Source: a virus | IMG/VR virus record: IMGVR_UViG_3300030061_003600 | Reading direction: 5' to 3' (one strand) | DNA: 64,000 nt | In this document: piece after piece, positions 48,108 through 57,065 of the stretch | How positions within the stretch are numbered: the stretch's first letter is position 1 | How the letters are laid out: the number at the start of each line of letters is the position of its first letter | The notes under the pieces: generated by a model | Databases searched by the model: none | What the model was told of the DNA's origin: nothing | Seen by the model: only the letters and a program-made list of their open reading frames with translations | Program-made: the position numbers and the translations under genes

Positions 48108-49139
48108 ATGGAAAACCAAGGAATGTCAAAAGGAGTAAAAATAGCATTATGGTCTGTTAGTGGATTATTATTAGCGACAGGTTTATTTTTTGGAATCCGT
48201 GCAATAGTTAAGGCGGGAGGTAAGAAAAATAATAAATTAAGTGATGCCGAAAGAAGAGAGTTAGAACTTTTAAAGCAGAAAGAAAAAGATGGTACACTAA
48301 CAAATGAAGAACAAATTATTTTAGATGATTTAGAAAAAGACACCCCTATATACACTCCTAATCCGGGTGAAACAACTACTCCGGGAGGTTCATCTTTTCC
48401 AATTAAGGTAGGAGATGGTAATGATGATATAGCAAGAATTCAGTTGGCAATGAACGGAAAGCATTCCGGCAAAGTAGTTCCGGGATGGTGTTGTACTCCG
48501 GGTAATGGATTCACAAATACTGATATAGCAGTAGATGGGTTGTTAGGACCTGAAACTGCGGAAGTATTAGGGGCATATGAAGATTTTTGTAAGTGTGGAG
48601 GTTTTGCGTGGAGTTATTGTCAATGTAATGATATTAGTATAAGCGAAAAAAGATACCAAGCACTTATACAAGGAGTTGATACAAGCGATGCTGCACTTGC
48701 TGCTGCGGGATATACAGTTCAAAATCCTTCAACAAGTTCATTTGCAGGATTTAATGGATATTCAAACGCAAAAGGAAGGGTTGATGAAAGACCTAATTCT
48801 TATTATAGAGCAAGAAAAGGAATGCAAGATTGTCCTCCGGGACAAGTATATGAAGATGGAATGTGTAAACCAATTGGAGCACCTTCAGCAAGATTTTCAG
48901 GATATTCCAATTTTAATTTACCTGAATATGGAGCAAAATACGATAGTCCATTAGGTAATTTTTATAAAAGTCAATTTGCATTTACTAATGATTACCCTAA
49001 TCAAAGTCCAATGCAACATAGTTATGGAATGGGTAAGGGATTTGGATTTGCAGGGGCTCCTCACTTTCCTTTTGAAGGAAAAACGGGTTCTGAAAGTGAA
49101 ATACAAACGGTACAAGAATTTATAGATGATGTGCCATAA
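48108..49139 (+). CDS. N-terminal TM protein with peptidoglycan-binding domain and aromatic/Gly-rich tail
   Basis: FPIKVGDGNDDIARIQLAM...VDGLLGPETAEVL; YSNAKG; DERPNSYYR block shared with 49826. Confidence 0.65.
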   Translation: MENQGMSKGVKIALWSVSGLLLATGLFFGIRAIVKAGGKKNNKLSDAERRELELLKQKEKDGTLTNEEQIILDDLEKDTPIYTPNPGETTTPGGSSFPIKVGDGNDDIARIQLAMNGKHSGKVVPGWCCTPGNGFTNTDIAVDGLLGPETAEVLGAYEDFCKCGGFAWSYCQCNDISISEKRYQALIQGVDTSDAALAAAGYTVQNPSTSSFAGFNGYSNAKGRVDERPNSYYRARKGMQDCPPGQVYEDGMCKPIGAPSARFSGYSNFNLPEYGAKYDSPLGNFYKSQFAFTNDYPNQSPMQHSYGMGKGFGFAGAPHFPFEGKTGSESEIQTVQEFIDDVP

Positions 49140-49151
49140 ATAAAAAAGAAT

Positions 49152-49210
49152 TAGGAGAGAGATGACTCTTACGAGTTATGGGGAGGGTGTGTCCCCTTTC
49201 TCTCCCCTTT
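49152..49210. other. GC-rich intergenic multi-stem element
   Basis: Outer GGAGAGA/TCTCTCC stem enclosing ATGACTC-TTAC-GAGTTAT and a GGG/CCC stem. Confidence 0.5.
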
Positions 49211-49252
49211 AATATAAAAAATAAATAAATTAATAAACTAAAAAAAAATAGT

Positions 49253-49813
49253 ATGGGATTTTATAGAGATACAGAAAATTACGCTTGGATTAATCAAGCA
49301 GGACCGGGAGTTGGAGCAGACCCGGCAGGAGGGGCAGTTGTAGGACCACCTGCACCACCACCTATTGGAGGAGGAGCAGCAGGAGCATTTCCTTCGTGTG
49401 CTTCTACAATGAACCAATGTCCGTGTAGTTACGGAGGGTGTATGGATAATTCTTATATGGAGTATGATGCAAATGCAACTTGTGATAATGGAAGTTGTGC
49501 AACACCTATTGTTGCAGGATGTATGACTCCTTCAGCAATAAACTATAATCCGGCTGCAAATGTGGATGATGGTAGTTGTATAGGTGCCATTTCAGGATGT
49601 ACTGACCCTAATGCTACAAACTATAATGCTCAAGCAAATACAGATTGTAGTGGTAATATAGTTCAAGGCGGAGGTGGAGCAGCCCAACCACAACCGGGAG
49701 GAAATATAGGTTTTAATGGATATTCTAATGCATCAGGTTGTGGAAACACCTATTCAAACTTCAATCAACAAGGTTTTGGAGGATATAATGACCAATTGTG
49801 GTTTAACGACTAA
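49253..49813 (+). CDS. Cys-rich protein with three GC[TM]D repeats
   Basis: WINQAG; GCMD..NGSC, GCMT..DDGSC, GCTDPNATNY. Confidence 0.7.
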   Translation: MGFYRDTENYAWINQAGPGVGADPAGGAVVGPPAPPPIGGGAAGAFPSCASTMNQCPCSYGGCMDNSYMEYDANATCDNGSCATPIVAGCMTPSAINYNPAANVDDGSCIGAISGCTDPNATNYNAQANTDCSGNIVQGGGGAAQPQPGGNIGFNGYSNASGCGNTYSNFNQQGFGGYNDQLWFND

Positions 49814-49825
49814 AAAATAAAAAAT

Positions 49826-50440
49826 ATGAATAATTATTATAATATGGGGGGCTGCGGAAACTATTCTAATGCAGTAGGTAGAAATGCAATGATTAATCCA
49901 ATGCCACCTATGCCACCGGCAATGTCAATGGATGAAAGACCAAATTCTTATTATAGAGGAAGAGGAGGTAGACCAAGTGTTTCTCGCCCCGGTCAAGACA
50001 GAAGAAAATGTTCGGTAACCTGTGGTTATGGTCCAAGAGCAGGAAGAGTTTGTAGCGGTGCTTGTAGTTTAAATTTAACAGAAGGAATGTGTTGTTCAGG
50101 TCCGGGAGTATATATGGAAGAAGGAAGTCGCAATAGTAGAAACTTTATGGGATTTGATGGTTCAAATAGGATGGGATATGATAATGATGGAATGGCATCG
50201 GACATTTGGTTTAACCAAAAAGGAAGAGGAAATTCAAGAAGTTGGTCAGGCGGATGTAGAACAAGTGGAGATTGTGTAAATGACAGACCGGCAGATTGTG
50301 CACCTTGTTGTGAATCAATGTGTGTTTCCGACTCAACAGGTTATGGAACTTGTGAATACGAGGGTGTTCCTTGTGGAAGTCAAGTTTATCAATCAAGTAA
50401 AAGTAGAGGTTTTTCAGGAAACGGCTTTACATCTTATTAA
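49826..50440 (+). CDS. Cys-rich putative virion protein, mosaic paralogue of 58454
   Basis: Shared FDGSNRMG.DNDGMASDIWFN and terminal FSGNGFTSY. Confidence 0.7.
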   Translation: MNNYYNMGGCGNYSNAVGRNAMINPMPPMPPAMSMDERPNSYYRGRGGRPSVSRPGQDRRKCSVTCGYGPRAGRVCSGACSLNLTEGMCCSGPGVYMEEGSRNSRNFMGFDGSNRMGYDNDGMASDIWFNQKGRGNSRSWSGGCRTSGDCVNDRPADCAPCCESMCVSDSTGYGTCEYEGVPCGSQVYQSSKSRGFSGNGFTSY

Positions 50441-50468
50441 TTAAATAAAATATATAAAAAATAAAAAT

Positions 50469-50606
50469 ATGCAAGAAGGTACAGGAACAGATAGTTCTAC
50501 AACAACAGAAGAAAAAGGTTATACATTATTTACTAAACAATACTTTATAGGTATTATAGTAGGTGTAGTTGGTTTAATGGCTTACCAAAAATATATTAAA
50601 AAATAA
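50469..50606 (+). CDS. small TM protein (45 aa, not in ORF track)
   Basis: YFIGIIVGVVGLMAYQKYIKK; stop overlaps the next ATG. Confidence 0.7.
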   Translation: MQEGTGTDSSTTTEEKGYTLFTKQYFIGIIVGVVGLMAYQKYIKK

Positions 50607-50848
50607 TGAGTTTAATTGGAGGAATAAATGATTGCGAAACTGCCGTAACTACAATGAGATTCGCTTCAGAGGCGGATAAAGATGCGTGGTTAGAAAATTG
50701 CAAGGCATCGGCTCAAGATGATACTGAAATTACAAGTTCAGTAGAGGAAACGGGTACAGATTCTTCTAAAAAAAATTCAAAAATCTTATTATATGTATTA
50801 GTGGGAGTTTTTGCGTATTGGATATATAGTCAGAATAAAAAAATATAA
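50606..50848 (+). CDS. small C-terminal TM protein
   Basis: Cys pair, terminal TM. Confidence 0.7.
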   Translation: MSLIGGINDCETAVTTMRFASEADKDAWLENCKASAQDDTEITSSVEETGTDSSKKNSKILLYVLVGVFAYWIYSQNKKI

Positions 50849-50850
50849 TT

Positions 50851-53265
50851 ATGAAATTAAGTTCTTTTAGGAATAAAGTAAATAAGTTAAGTTGCGACAG
50901 GTTGAAACCCATACTTTCAATTTTAGTTAGAAAACTTAAAGCGACTCCTGCTTTTAGAAGAAGAAGAAGAGAGCAGATAAGAGTAAAAATTAGAGTAATT
51001 CAAAGGGCTATAAATCGTAAATGTATGCAGGGAGGCGATATGAAACAAGCAACTGATGTGGCGACTATGTACGGAATGTATTTAAATCAAAGCGGAAGGG
51101 CAAGTGCTTCAATTCAACCTACAAAAACATTTAAGGACAATATGATGAATGGCTTTAAGAAGTTTGGAGTTAGTTTTCTTAATAATAGAAAGACATCAAA
51201 CCTTGAAACCTTAAAGGGATTAGAAAAAACAGGTAGAAATCCTCTTTGGCAACAAAAAATAAGAAATAAAATTGCTTTTATAGATTCTATAATTAGTGGT
51301 AGAGTAAATCCTACATATTATAGTGCTTCAGGAGTAAGAAGAGGGGCAAGAAATTCAGCAGTTACTTCAATGCCGCAACTACCAATGGCACCAACTGTAC
51401 CATCGGCAGGAATTTCAACAACACCTCCAAGTACATCTATTACAGTCCCACCGGTAAATAATTATGCAGAGGTAGATAAGCGTTGCAGAGAGTATTCAGC
51501 AGCATATTTATCCGGCAATATGGTTATAATGGATTCTATTGCTTCACAAGTAGCAGCAATATATAATACAAGTGTAGGTCAAGCAAAGATTTTACTTGCA
51601 GAAAGATGTTTATGTCAAGGATTAACAATAGGTGATGACCCTTGTCCACCATCAGACCCAAATTCACCATTTTATACAACAGATAATTTCTGTACTTCAG
51701 ATTGGTGTGTAGATGGTCAAGGAAATCCAAAGCCAAATGCTCATCCTGATTGTGAGTGTTGTCCAACAACGACAACCGAAATACCTTGCGATGAAATTTT
51801 CCAAAACCCACAAATGCAACAAAGTTGGTGTCAAAAATGGACACAAGCACAACAAAGTGGTAATTCTATGCAAATTCAGTCAGAGATAAGTAATTTAGCA
51901 ACTGCTTATAATATAACAAATGCACAGGCACAAAGTGTATTTTTAAGATGTTGCCCGGGAACAGGTGATGACCCTTGTCCACCATCAGACCCAAATTCAC
52001 CATTCTATACAACAGATAATTTCTGTAACTCTGATTGGTGTGTAGATGGTCAAGGAAATCCAAAGCCAAATGCTCATCCTGATTGCAGATGTTGTGATGA
52101 TGGAACAAGCACCGGTTCGGATATTCCGTGTAAGTATGTTCGTGCAGAAGGTATATGTCAAAAGTATTGGATGCATATGAATAATAATGATGCTCAAGCA
52201 GCAATGCAAGAGGTAAATCAATTTGCTTTAAATGAAGGAATTAGCACACCGGCTGCCTATGCATTAGTATTAAAATGTTGTGATGATAGTGGATTAGGAG
52301 AATTCTCTTGTGAAAGAGTATCTGATGATTGGTGTACAAAATTTCACGCAGCATTCCCATATGGACAACAATCTCCAAATATGCAAGGAACCGTAAATCC
52401 ATTTATTGCATATGCAAGTGGCTTTGGCTATACATTAACTTATAACCAAGCATACGATATTTTATTAAGATGTTGTGGAGATGGAACAAGCACAGGAGAT
52501 AATCCTTGTGAGGACCCTAATTGGACTAATTTACAATGGCAAGGAACTATCGGTCAGCCAAATTATCCGGGAGGTAAACACAACTATTGTGATAGATGTG
52601 GAACTAATAGTCAGGGGGCTAATTTCCCTGTTATTTGGATGAATGGACAATGGCAGTATGACCCTGTAAATGGAACTAATTACTGTCAATGTTGCCCTCC
52701 TCCGGTTACTCCTGACCCTGATTTGCCTTGTGGCTCATTAAATGAAGAAGCAGCAATATGTTCTCATTATTTACAAGCACAAGCGACTAACAATAGTTTG
52801 ATGCTTAATAATATAATAACAACTGTTTCAAATCAATTAGGATTAAGTAATTCTCAAGCAGTATCATATTTAGATAGATGTTGTGGTTCAAATACTTCTC
52901 CTTGTGATGGATTCCAAGACAATGGATGTTGTGGAAAATGTGATGCTTGGGATGGCGACCCAACTACTAATAATATGGGAGGTTTACCTTTAATGGGACA
53001 AAATGATGGTTGTTATAATTGGTGTCAGCAAAATCAACTTTGTTGTAATCCACCTACAAATACTACAACAGGAACGGGGACAAATACAGGAGTTGCAGTT
53101 GGCGGAGTAAATCAAGCAGATGTAGTACCTGCTGCCGACTCAAATAACGGAACAGGAGGATATAATCCTGTAAATCAAACACAAACTAATATAAATAATA
53201 CCGGATATACTACTCCGTTAAGGTTTTCAGGAGCCAATGGAGAGTTTATGTTTGGAGATTATTAA
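50851..53265 (+). CDS. large Cys-rich repeat protein with basic N-terminal region (possible spike or receptor-binding protein)
   Basis: Arg/Lys-rich first ~150 aa; five helical C...C...RCC-type repeats; two near-identical GDDPCPPSDPNSPF...CC units. Confidence 0.7.
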   Translation: MKLSSFRNKVNKLSCDRLKPILSILVRKLKATPAFRRRRREQIRVKIRVIQRAINRKCMQGGDMKQATDVATMYGMYLNQSGRASASIQPTKTFKDNMMNGFKKFGVSFLNNRKTSNLETLKGLEKTGRNPLWQQKIRNKIAFIDSIISGRVNPTYYSASGVRRGARNSAVTSMPQLPMAPTVPSAGISTTPPSTSITVPPVNNYAEVDKRCREYSAAYLSGNMVIMDSIASQVAAIYNTSVGQAKILLAERCLCQGLTIGDDPCPPSDPNSPFYTTDNFCTSDWCVDGQGNPKPNAHPDCECCPTTTTEIPCDEIFQNPQMQQSWCQKWTQAQQSGNSMQIQSEISNLATAYNITNAQAQSVFLRCCPGTGDDPCPPSDPNSPFYTTDNFCNSDWCVDGQGNPKPNAHPDCRCCDDGTSTGSDIPCKYVRAEGICQKYWMHMNNNDAQAAMQEVNQFALNEGISTPAAYALVLKCCDDSGLGEFSCERVSDDWCTKFHAAFPYGQQSPNMQGTVNPFIAYASGFGYTLTYNQAYDILLRCCGDGTSTGDNPCEDPNWTNLQWQGTIGQPNYPGGKHNYCDRCGTNSQGANFPVIWMNGQWQYDPVNGTNYCQCCPPPVTPDPDLPCGSLNEEAAICSHYLQAQATNNSLMLNNIITTVSNQLGLSNSQAVSYLDRCCGSNTSPCDGFQDNGCCGKCDAWDGDPTTNNMGGLPLMGQNDGCYNWCQQNQLCCNPPTNTTTGTGTNTGVAVGGVNQADVVPAADSNNGTGGYNPVNQTQTNINNTGYTTPLRFSGANGEFMFGDY
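51631..52095 (+). repeat. ~130-bp direct repeat pair (about 51631-51762 and 51964-52095)
   Basis: Read directly; only five codons differ; offset 333 nt, in frame. Confidence 0.9.
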
Positions 53266-53277
53266 AAAATAAAGATT

Positions 53278-54291
53278 ATGGAAAATAAATTATGGTTTAA
53301 TCAGGCAGGAGAATCTTACAATGGAATACCGTGTGATGACATATATGGAGGATGTCCTGTAAGTCAAGCGGGAACACCTATTATAGATACTAATCCTCCT
53401 GTACCACTTGCTATTCCGGCACCTAATGCTACTGATGCTCAAATTGCAAATGACCCGGGATATTTACAGGTATTGGCAGATGGTTCAGTAATAGATGCTA
53501 ATGGAAATATAGTTTCCGAGGGAACAGATGATGGTTTAGCACCGGTACAACCTATGTTACAAGCGGGACAAAGAGTTAGTAAGGTATTTTCAGCATCAGG
53601 TCAAATAAGTGCTAATTTAATGATAGGAACGGTTACGGGAATAATACAAAAAACATTACCGGCTAAATACGAAATTATTTGGGATAATGGAACGAGTTCT
53701 TTTGATTTAGCAAGTGATGTAACTCCTATGCCAAATCAACCTGTGCAACCAATAACAGAACCTATTTATTCAATAGGTCAAGAAATAGTATATAATTCTT
53801 ACCATAATTGTCCTGTGGGTGGAGGTCCAATTGCTCCTAATGACCCTTGTGTAGTAAGCGGGAGAGGTGTTATAGTGGGAATGGATGAAACAAGCCCGGT
53901 GCCAAGATACCAAGTTCAAATGGTGAATGGCGATATAAAATTCTTAATGGAAGGAGAAATGCAACCATTTCAACCTACCGGTGAAGAATTATCATATGAA
54001 GAAAAATTTTGCCAAGATAAAGTGAATGGTATGTCTTGGGCAGATGTAGACCCAAATCCGGATAAAGAAAATTATTATGCAACTTGTGTACAAGAACAAT
54101 TGGCTCTTGGAGATGGAACAGTATTTACTCCTCCATCGCCTGTTGTGGTTGAGCCACCATCAGGAGCAGACAGTTGTGGAAAAGATAAATATGCTTTACC
54201 TATACAGATAGGAGAAGAAAAGTGTATAGATAAAACTTTAGCATTAGTGTTAGGTGCACTTGCTATATATTATATAATGACAAAAAAGTAA
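53278..54291 (+). CDS. C-terminal TM protein with two SH3/Tudor-like barrels
   Basis: LWFNQAG; LQAGQRV..GTVTG..YEIIWDNG; YSIGQEIV..GVIVG..YQVQMVNG. Confidence 0.6.
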   Translation: MENKLWFNQAGESYNGIPCDDIYGGCPVSQAGTPIIDTNPPVPLAIPAPNATDAQIANDPGYLQVLADGSVIDANGNIVSEGTDDGLAPVQPMLQAGQRVSKVFSASGQISANLMIGTVTGIIQKTLPAKYEIIWDNGTSSFDLASDVTPMPNQPVQPITEPIYSIGQEIVYNSYHNCPVGGGPIAPNDPCVVSGRGVIVGMDETSPVPRYQVQMVNGDIKFLMEGEMQPFQPTGEELSYEEKFCQDKVNGMSWADVDPNPDKENYYATCVQEQLALGDGTVFTPPSPVVVEPPSGADSCGKDKYALPIQIGEEKCIDKTLALVLGALAIYYIMTKK

Positions 54292-55089
54292 TTGATTATG
54301 GAAAACAACGATAAATACTTAAATTTCTTTGGGGATTCTCAAAATTATAAACTCCATAACCCACTACCTAATCCTTATGGATTAAGAGGTAATCCGGATT
54401 TGAATGCAAATTCTGCTGACCACGGAGATGGATTAAATGGAACTCCCGATTATAGAAGTTTTACGGGAGAAGTTCAAGATGATGCTTGGAGTAATCACCC
54501 GGGATTTATAGCCGGTTTATTTGGAGGAGGAAATAATAATGATGAGCCAAATACTTTGAGTGATGGTCAAGTAGATGCAAATAACGATGGATTGCCTGAC
54601 TATTTAGAAGTGGGACCGCAACCTGACCCTAATGCAGCCCAAGAGAGTGGGGGCGGAGGATTTATTTCTGCTTGGTTTGATGGCAAAAGAACTTATTATT
54701 CTTGTCAAAACGGACAAGTTATAAGCCAACAATTTGAGAGAGGTTCTCAACCTTCGGGATGGGGAACAAACCGAAGTAATGCTTGTTTAAATCCTGACCA
54801 AATAGCACAAAAACAAGCAAATACTTGGAGCACTATTGGAAATATATTTAAAAGTATAAATACAGGTTTTAAAACGGGTTTAAATGCAGGAAGTCCTAAT
54901 ACAGGAGGCGGAACAGGCGGAGGAGTTATAGACCCGGGAACAACAACAACTACAACTACTCAAGCAGGAGTAGGAGGTGATACTTCCAAAATTATTGGAT
55001 GGGTATTAGTTGCAGGAGTAGTATTTGGATTGGGATATATGGCGATTAAAGCGGCAGGAGCACCAAGACCTGATTTTTATAACGATTAA
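54292..55089 (+). CDS. C-terminal TM protein with NHPGF motif
   Basis: WSNHPGFIAGLFGGG; amphipathic WSTIGNIFKSI; terminal TM; start may be 54298. Confidence 0.7.
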   Translation: MIMENNDKYLNFFGDSQNYKLHNPLPNPYGLRGNPDLNANSADHGDGLNGTPDYRSFTGEVQDDAWSNHPGFIAGLFGGGNNNDEPNTLSDGQVDANNDGLPDYLEVGPQPDPNAAQESGGGGFISAWFDGKRTYYSCQNGQVISQQFERGSQPSGWGTNRSNACLNPDQIAQKQANTWSTIGNIFKSINTGFKTGLNAGSPNTGGGTGGGVIDPGTTTTTTTQAGVGGDTSKIIGWVLVAGVVFGLGYMAIKAAGAPRPDFYND

Positions 55090-55092
55090 AAA

Positions 55093-55593
55093 ATGGAAAA
55101 GAAACATTTAATATATGCAGGATTAGGGGTTGCCGTAATAGCAATCATATCTTATCTTAATAGGCAAAGAAAGTTGCTTCAGGGATTTGGATATGAGTTA
55201 TTAGCAGTCACTTATTTAGGCACAACTGATAATGTTTCTAAATTAGAAGTGAAAATGAAATTCACTAATACTGCGGATTTTAACATAGAAATAAAGGGGT
55301 ATAAATTTGATGTATTAGTAGACAATAGAGTAGTAGCCAAAGCAGAAGGTTCGGAGGTTTATAGTATTCCACCAAAACAATCAGTTATTATTCCATTTAT
55401 AGGTAATGCAGATACCAAATTAACTTTGACTTTAGGTATATCTTCTCTTATAGAGCATTTTGTAGATAGCACACAAAGTAATGCTACATTAAGGGGTACT
55501 GTAAATATAAAAGCGGGTGTAGTAAGTATTAAAAATTTACCCTTGGAATTTTCTGCAACAACCGAGGAGTTAATTAATGAGTTAAAAACATAG
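55093..55593 (+). CDS. LEA_2/WHy-domain protein with N-terminal TM
   Basis: LEVKMKFTNTADFNIEIKGYKFDVLVDNRVVA...IPPKQSVIIP. Confidence 0.7.
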   Translation: MEKKHLIYAGLGVAVIAIISYLNRQRKLLQGFGYELLAVTYLGTTDNVSKLEVKMKFTNTADFNIEIKGYKFDVLVDNRVVAKAEGSEVYSIPPKQSVIIPFIGNADTKLTLTLGISSLIEHFVDSTQSNATLRGTVNIKAGVVSIKNLPLEFSATTEELINELKT

Positions 55594-55612
55594 AAAAATT
55601 AGATAATTTTAT

Positions 55613-55620
55613 TATTTTTG
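55613..55620 (+). promoter_or_regulatory. possible -7 element TATTTTTG
   Basis: TAnnTTTG 17 nt before the ATG at 55638. Confidence 0.4.
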
Positions 55621-55637
55621 AAAATAAAAAATAGAAG

Positions 55638-56078
55638 ATGAATAAGGCATTAAAAACACAAATAGTAAATTCGGCAATTGACATAATGAGCAATGCCCTA
55701 AAAAGATTATCTGCAAAAAACAATTGTGATGCAAAAGACATTCAACTTGTAATTAAGTTTAATGGACAAAGTGTTTTATATTCATATATGAAGGAGTATC
55801 AAGAAATTAGCGATTTAACATTTAATGAAATTTTAGATGTAAAGTTTGATTTTAAGCAAAGAGAATTTTTAACGGCTCCATTTTTACAAAAAGCAATAAT
55901 TAGATTAGCAGAGGAAAAAAATGTTGATGCAAATGAAATATCATCAGTTATAGTAACAAAAGATAGTGATGCTGACAAGGTTTATATTTTAGCATACCAC
56001 AATAATGAATTTTTTAAACAAATATCTTTCAATTGGTTGTTTGAGAACCCGGAGGAAGTATTAGGAAATATAGGATAA
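55638..56078 (+). CDS. hypothetical protein (146 aa)
   Basis: Tiles with neighbours; no TM. Confidence 0.7.
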   Translation: MNKALKTQIVNSAIDIMSNALKRLSAKNNCDAKDIQLVIKFNGQSVLYSYMKEYQEISDLTFNEILDVKFDFKQREFLTAPFLQKAIIRLAEEKNVDANEISSVIVTKDSDADKVYILAYHNNEFFKQISFNWLFENPEEVLGNIG

Positions 56079-56079
56079 T

Positions 56080-56358
56080 ATGAGTGCAATTTTTACAAGA
56101 AGATTAAATGCAGCAGATGTGGTAACCGTAAGTGAAGGAAACGGTGCCACTTATGTTTCCGTGCTTTGTAAAACGGACAATAGTGGAGCAGCAGGGATAA
56201 CCATACTTGGAACCGGAGGTTTAGGAGGTTTGACTTCTAACGCTATAACTCTATTAGCCAATGAAAGTATAACAATACAATCTCCTGATGGAAGAAACAT
56301 AGGTGATTTAACAATAACTGCCGGAGCAAGTAGCACCGGAATAGTTGTATCAATGTAA
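56080..56358 (+). CDS. small beta-rich putative structural protein
   Basis: Alternating hydrophobic strands rich in G/T/S. Confidence 0.6.
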   Translation: MSAIFTRRLNAADVVTVSEGNGATYVSVLCKTDNSGAAGITILGTGGLGGLTSNAITLLANESITIQSPDGRNIGDLTITAGASSTGIVVSM

Positions 56359-56361
56359 TTT

Positions 56362-56619
56362 ATGGCAACACAAAAAGAAAATATAACTTATATTAAGCAA
56401 GAGATAAAAAAACAAGGTGTTTTGTTAGAAAGATTAGCAACTGCCGTGTGTGGAGATGCAGAGTTTGGTCAAAAAGGATTGATTGAACAAGTTAATGAGC
56501 ACTCGGACTATATAGCGGAAGATAAAACATTTAAGAACAAAATTATGGGAGGAATAACTGCCATAACAACGGTATGGGGTTTAATAATAACCGCAGTAAT
56601 AAAATTTTGGAAAGATTAA
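56362..56619 (+). CDS. coiled coil plus C-terminal TM protein (holin/XhlA-like architecture)
   Basis: Architecture only; IMGGITAITTVWGLIITAVIKFW. Confidence 0.45.
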   Translation: MATQKENITYIKQEIKKQGVLLERLATAVCGDAEFGQKGLIEQVNEHSDYIAEDKTFKNKIMGGITAITTVWGLIITAVIKFWKD

Positions 56620-56646
56620 TAATTTAAATAATAAAAAAGAAGAATT

Positions 56647-56802
56647 ATGAATGCAATGCAGAAAAAAAGAATGTTCACTCATTATGAAGAATTAGGGTGG
56701 AGTCAAAGAGAAATTGTTGCTTATGGAACAGTAGATTTAACAGGAGAAAAACCTTCAGAATCTAAAAAGAAAGTAAGTAAGAAAGAAAGCAAGAAAGATT
56801 AA
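56647..56802 (+). CDS. small basic protein (51 aa, not in ORF track)
   Basis: Fills the gap between neighbours; Lys-rich tail. Confidence 0.55.
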   Translation: MNAMQKKRMFTHYEELGWSQREIVAYGTVDLTGEKPSESKKKVSKKESKKD

Positions 56803-56805
56803 TTA

Positions 56806-57060
56806 ATGAAGAAAGCACCAACATTATATATCATCGGGGCTTTTGCGGCAGGATTTATCCTTTATGGGATATACAAGAGCCGAAAGCAAGAGGAAAGCAC
56901 AAATACACCTTTACCTTCACAAGAAGGGACTACTCCATTAGAGAATAGTCAGGCAGTAGAGCCAACTTCTACCACACCTGTTTCCGGGACATCGCAAACA
57001 ATCCTTGATGGTTTTAATGAAAATGATGCACAACTTTTAAAAGAAGAACTTAAAAATTAG
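56806..57060 (+). CDS. N-terminal TM protein with S/T/P linker
   Basis: LYIIGAFAAGFILYGIY. Confidence 0.7.
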   Translation: MKKAPTLYIIGAFAAGFILYGIYKSRKQEESTNTPLPSQEGTTPLENSQAVEPTSTTPVSGTSQTILDGFNENDAQLLKEELKN

Positions 57061-57065
57061 ATAAA

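Noticed and set aside
49152-49210. Hammerhead ribozyme
   Set aside because: No CUGANGA core on either strand
51631-52095. Diversity-generating retroelement template/variable repeat pair
   Set aside because: Differences are not adenine-specific, both copies are in one ORF, and no reverse transcriptase is seen
38521-55089. Type IV prepilin G/F cleavage at NHPG-F
   Set aside because: No basic short leader, no +5 Glu and no ~20-aa hydrophobic helix after the Phe
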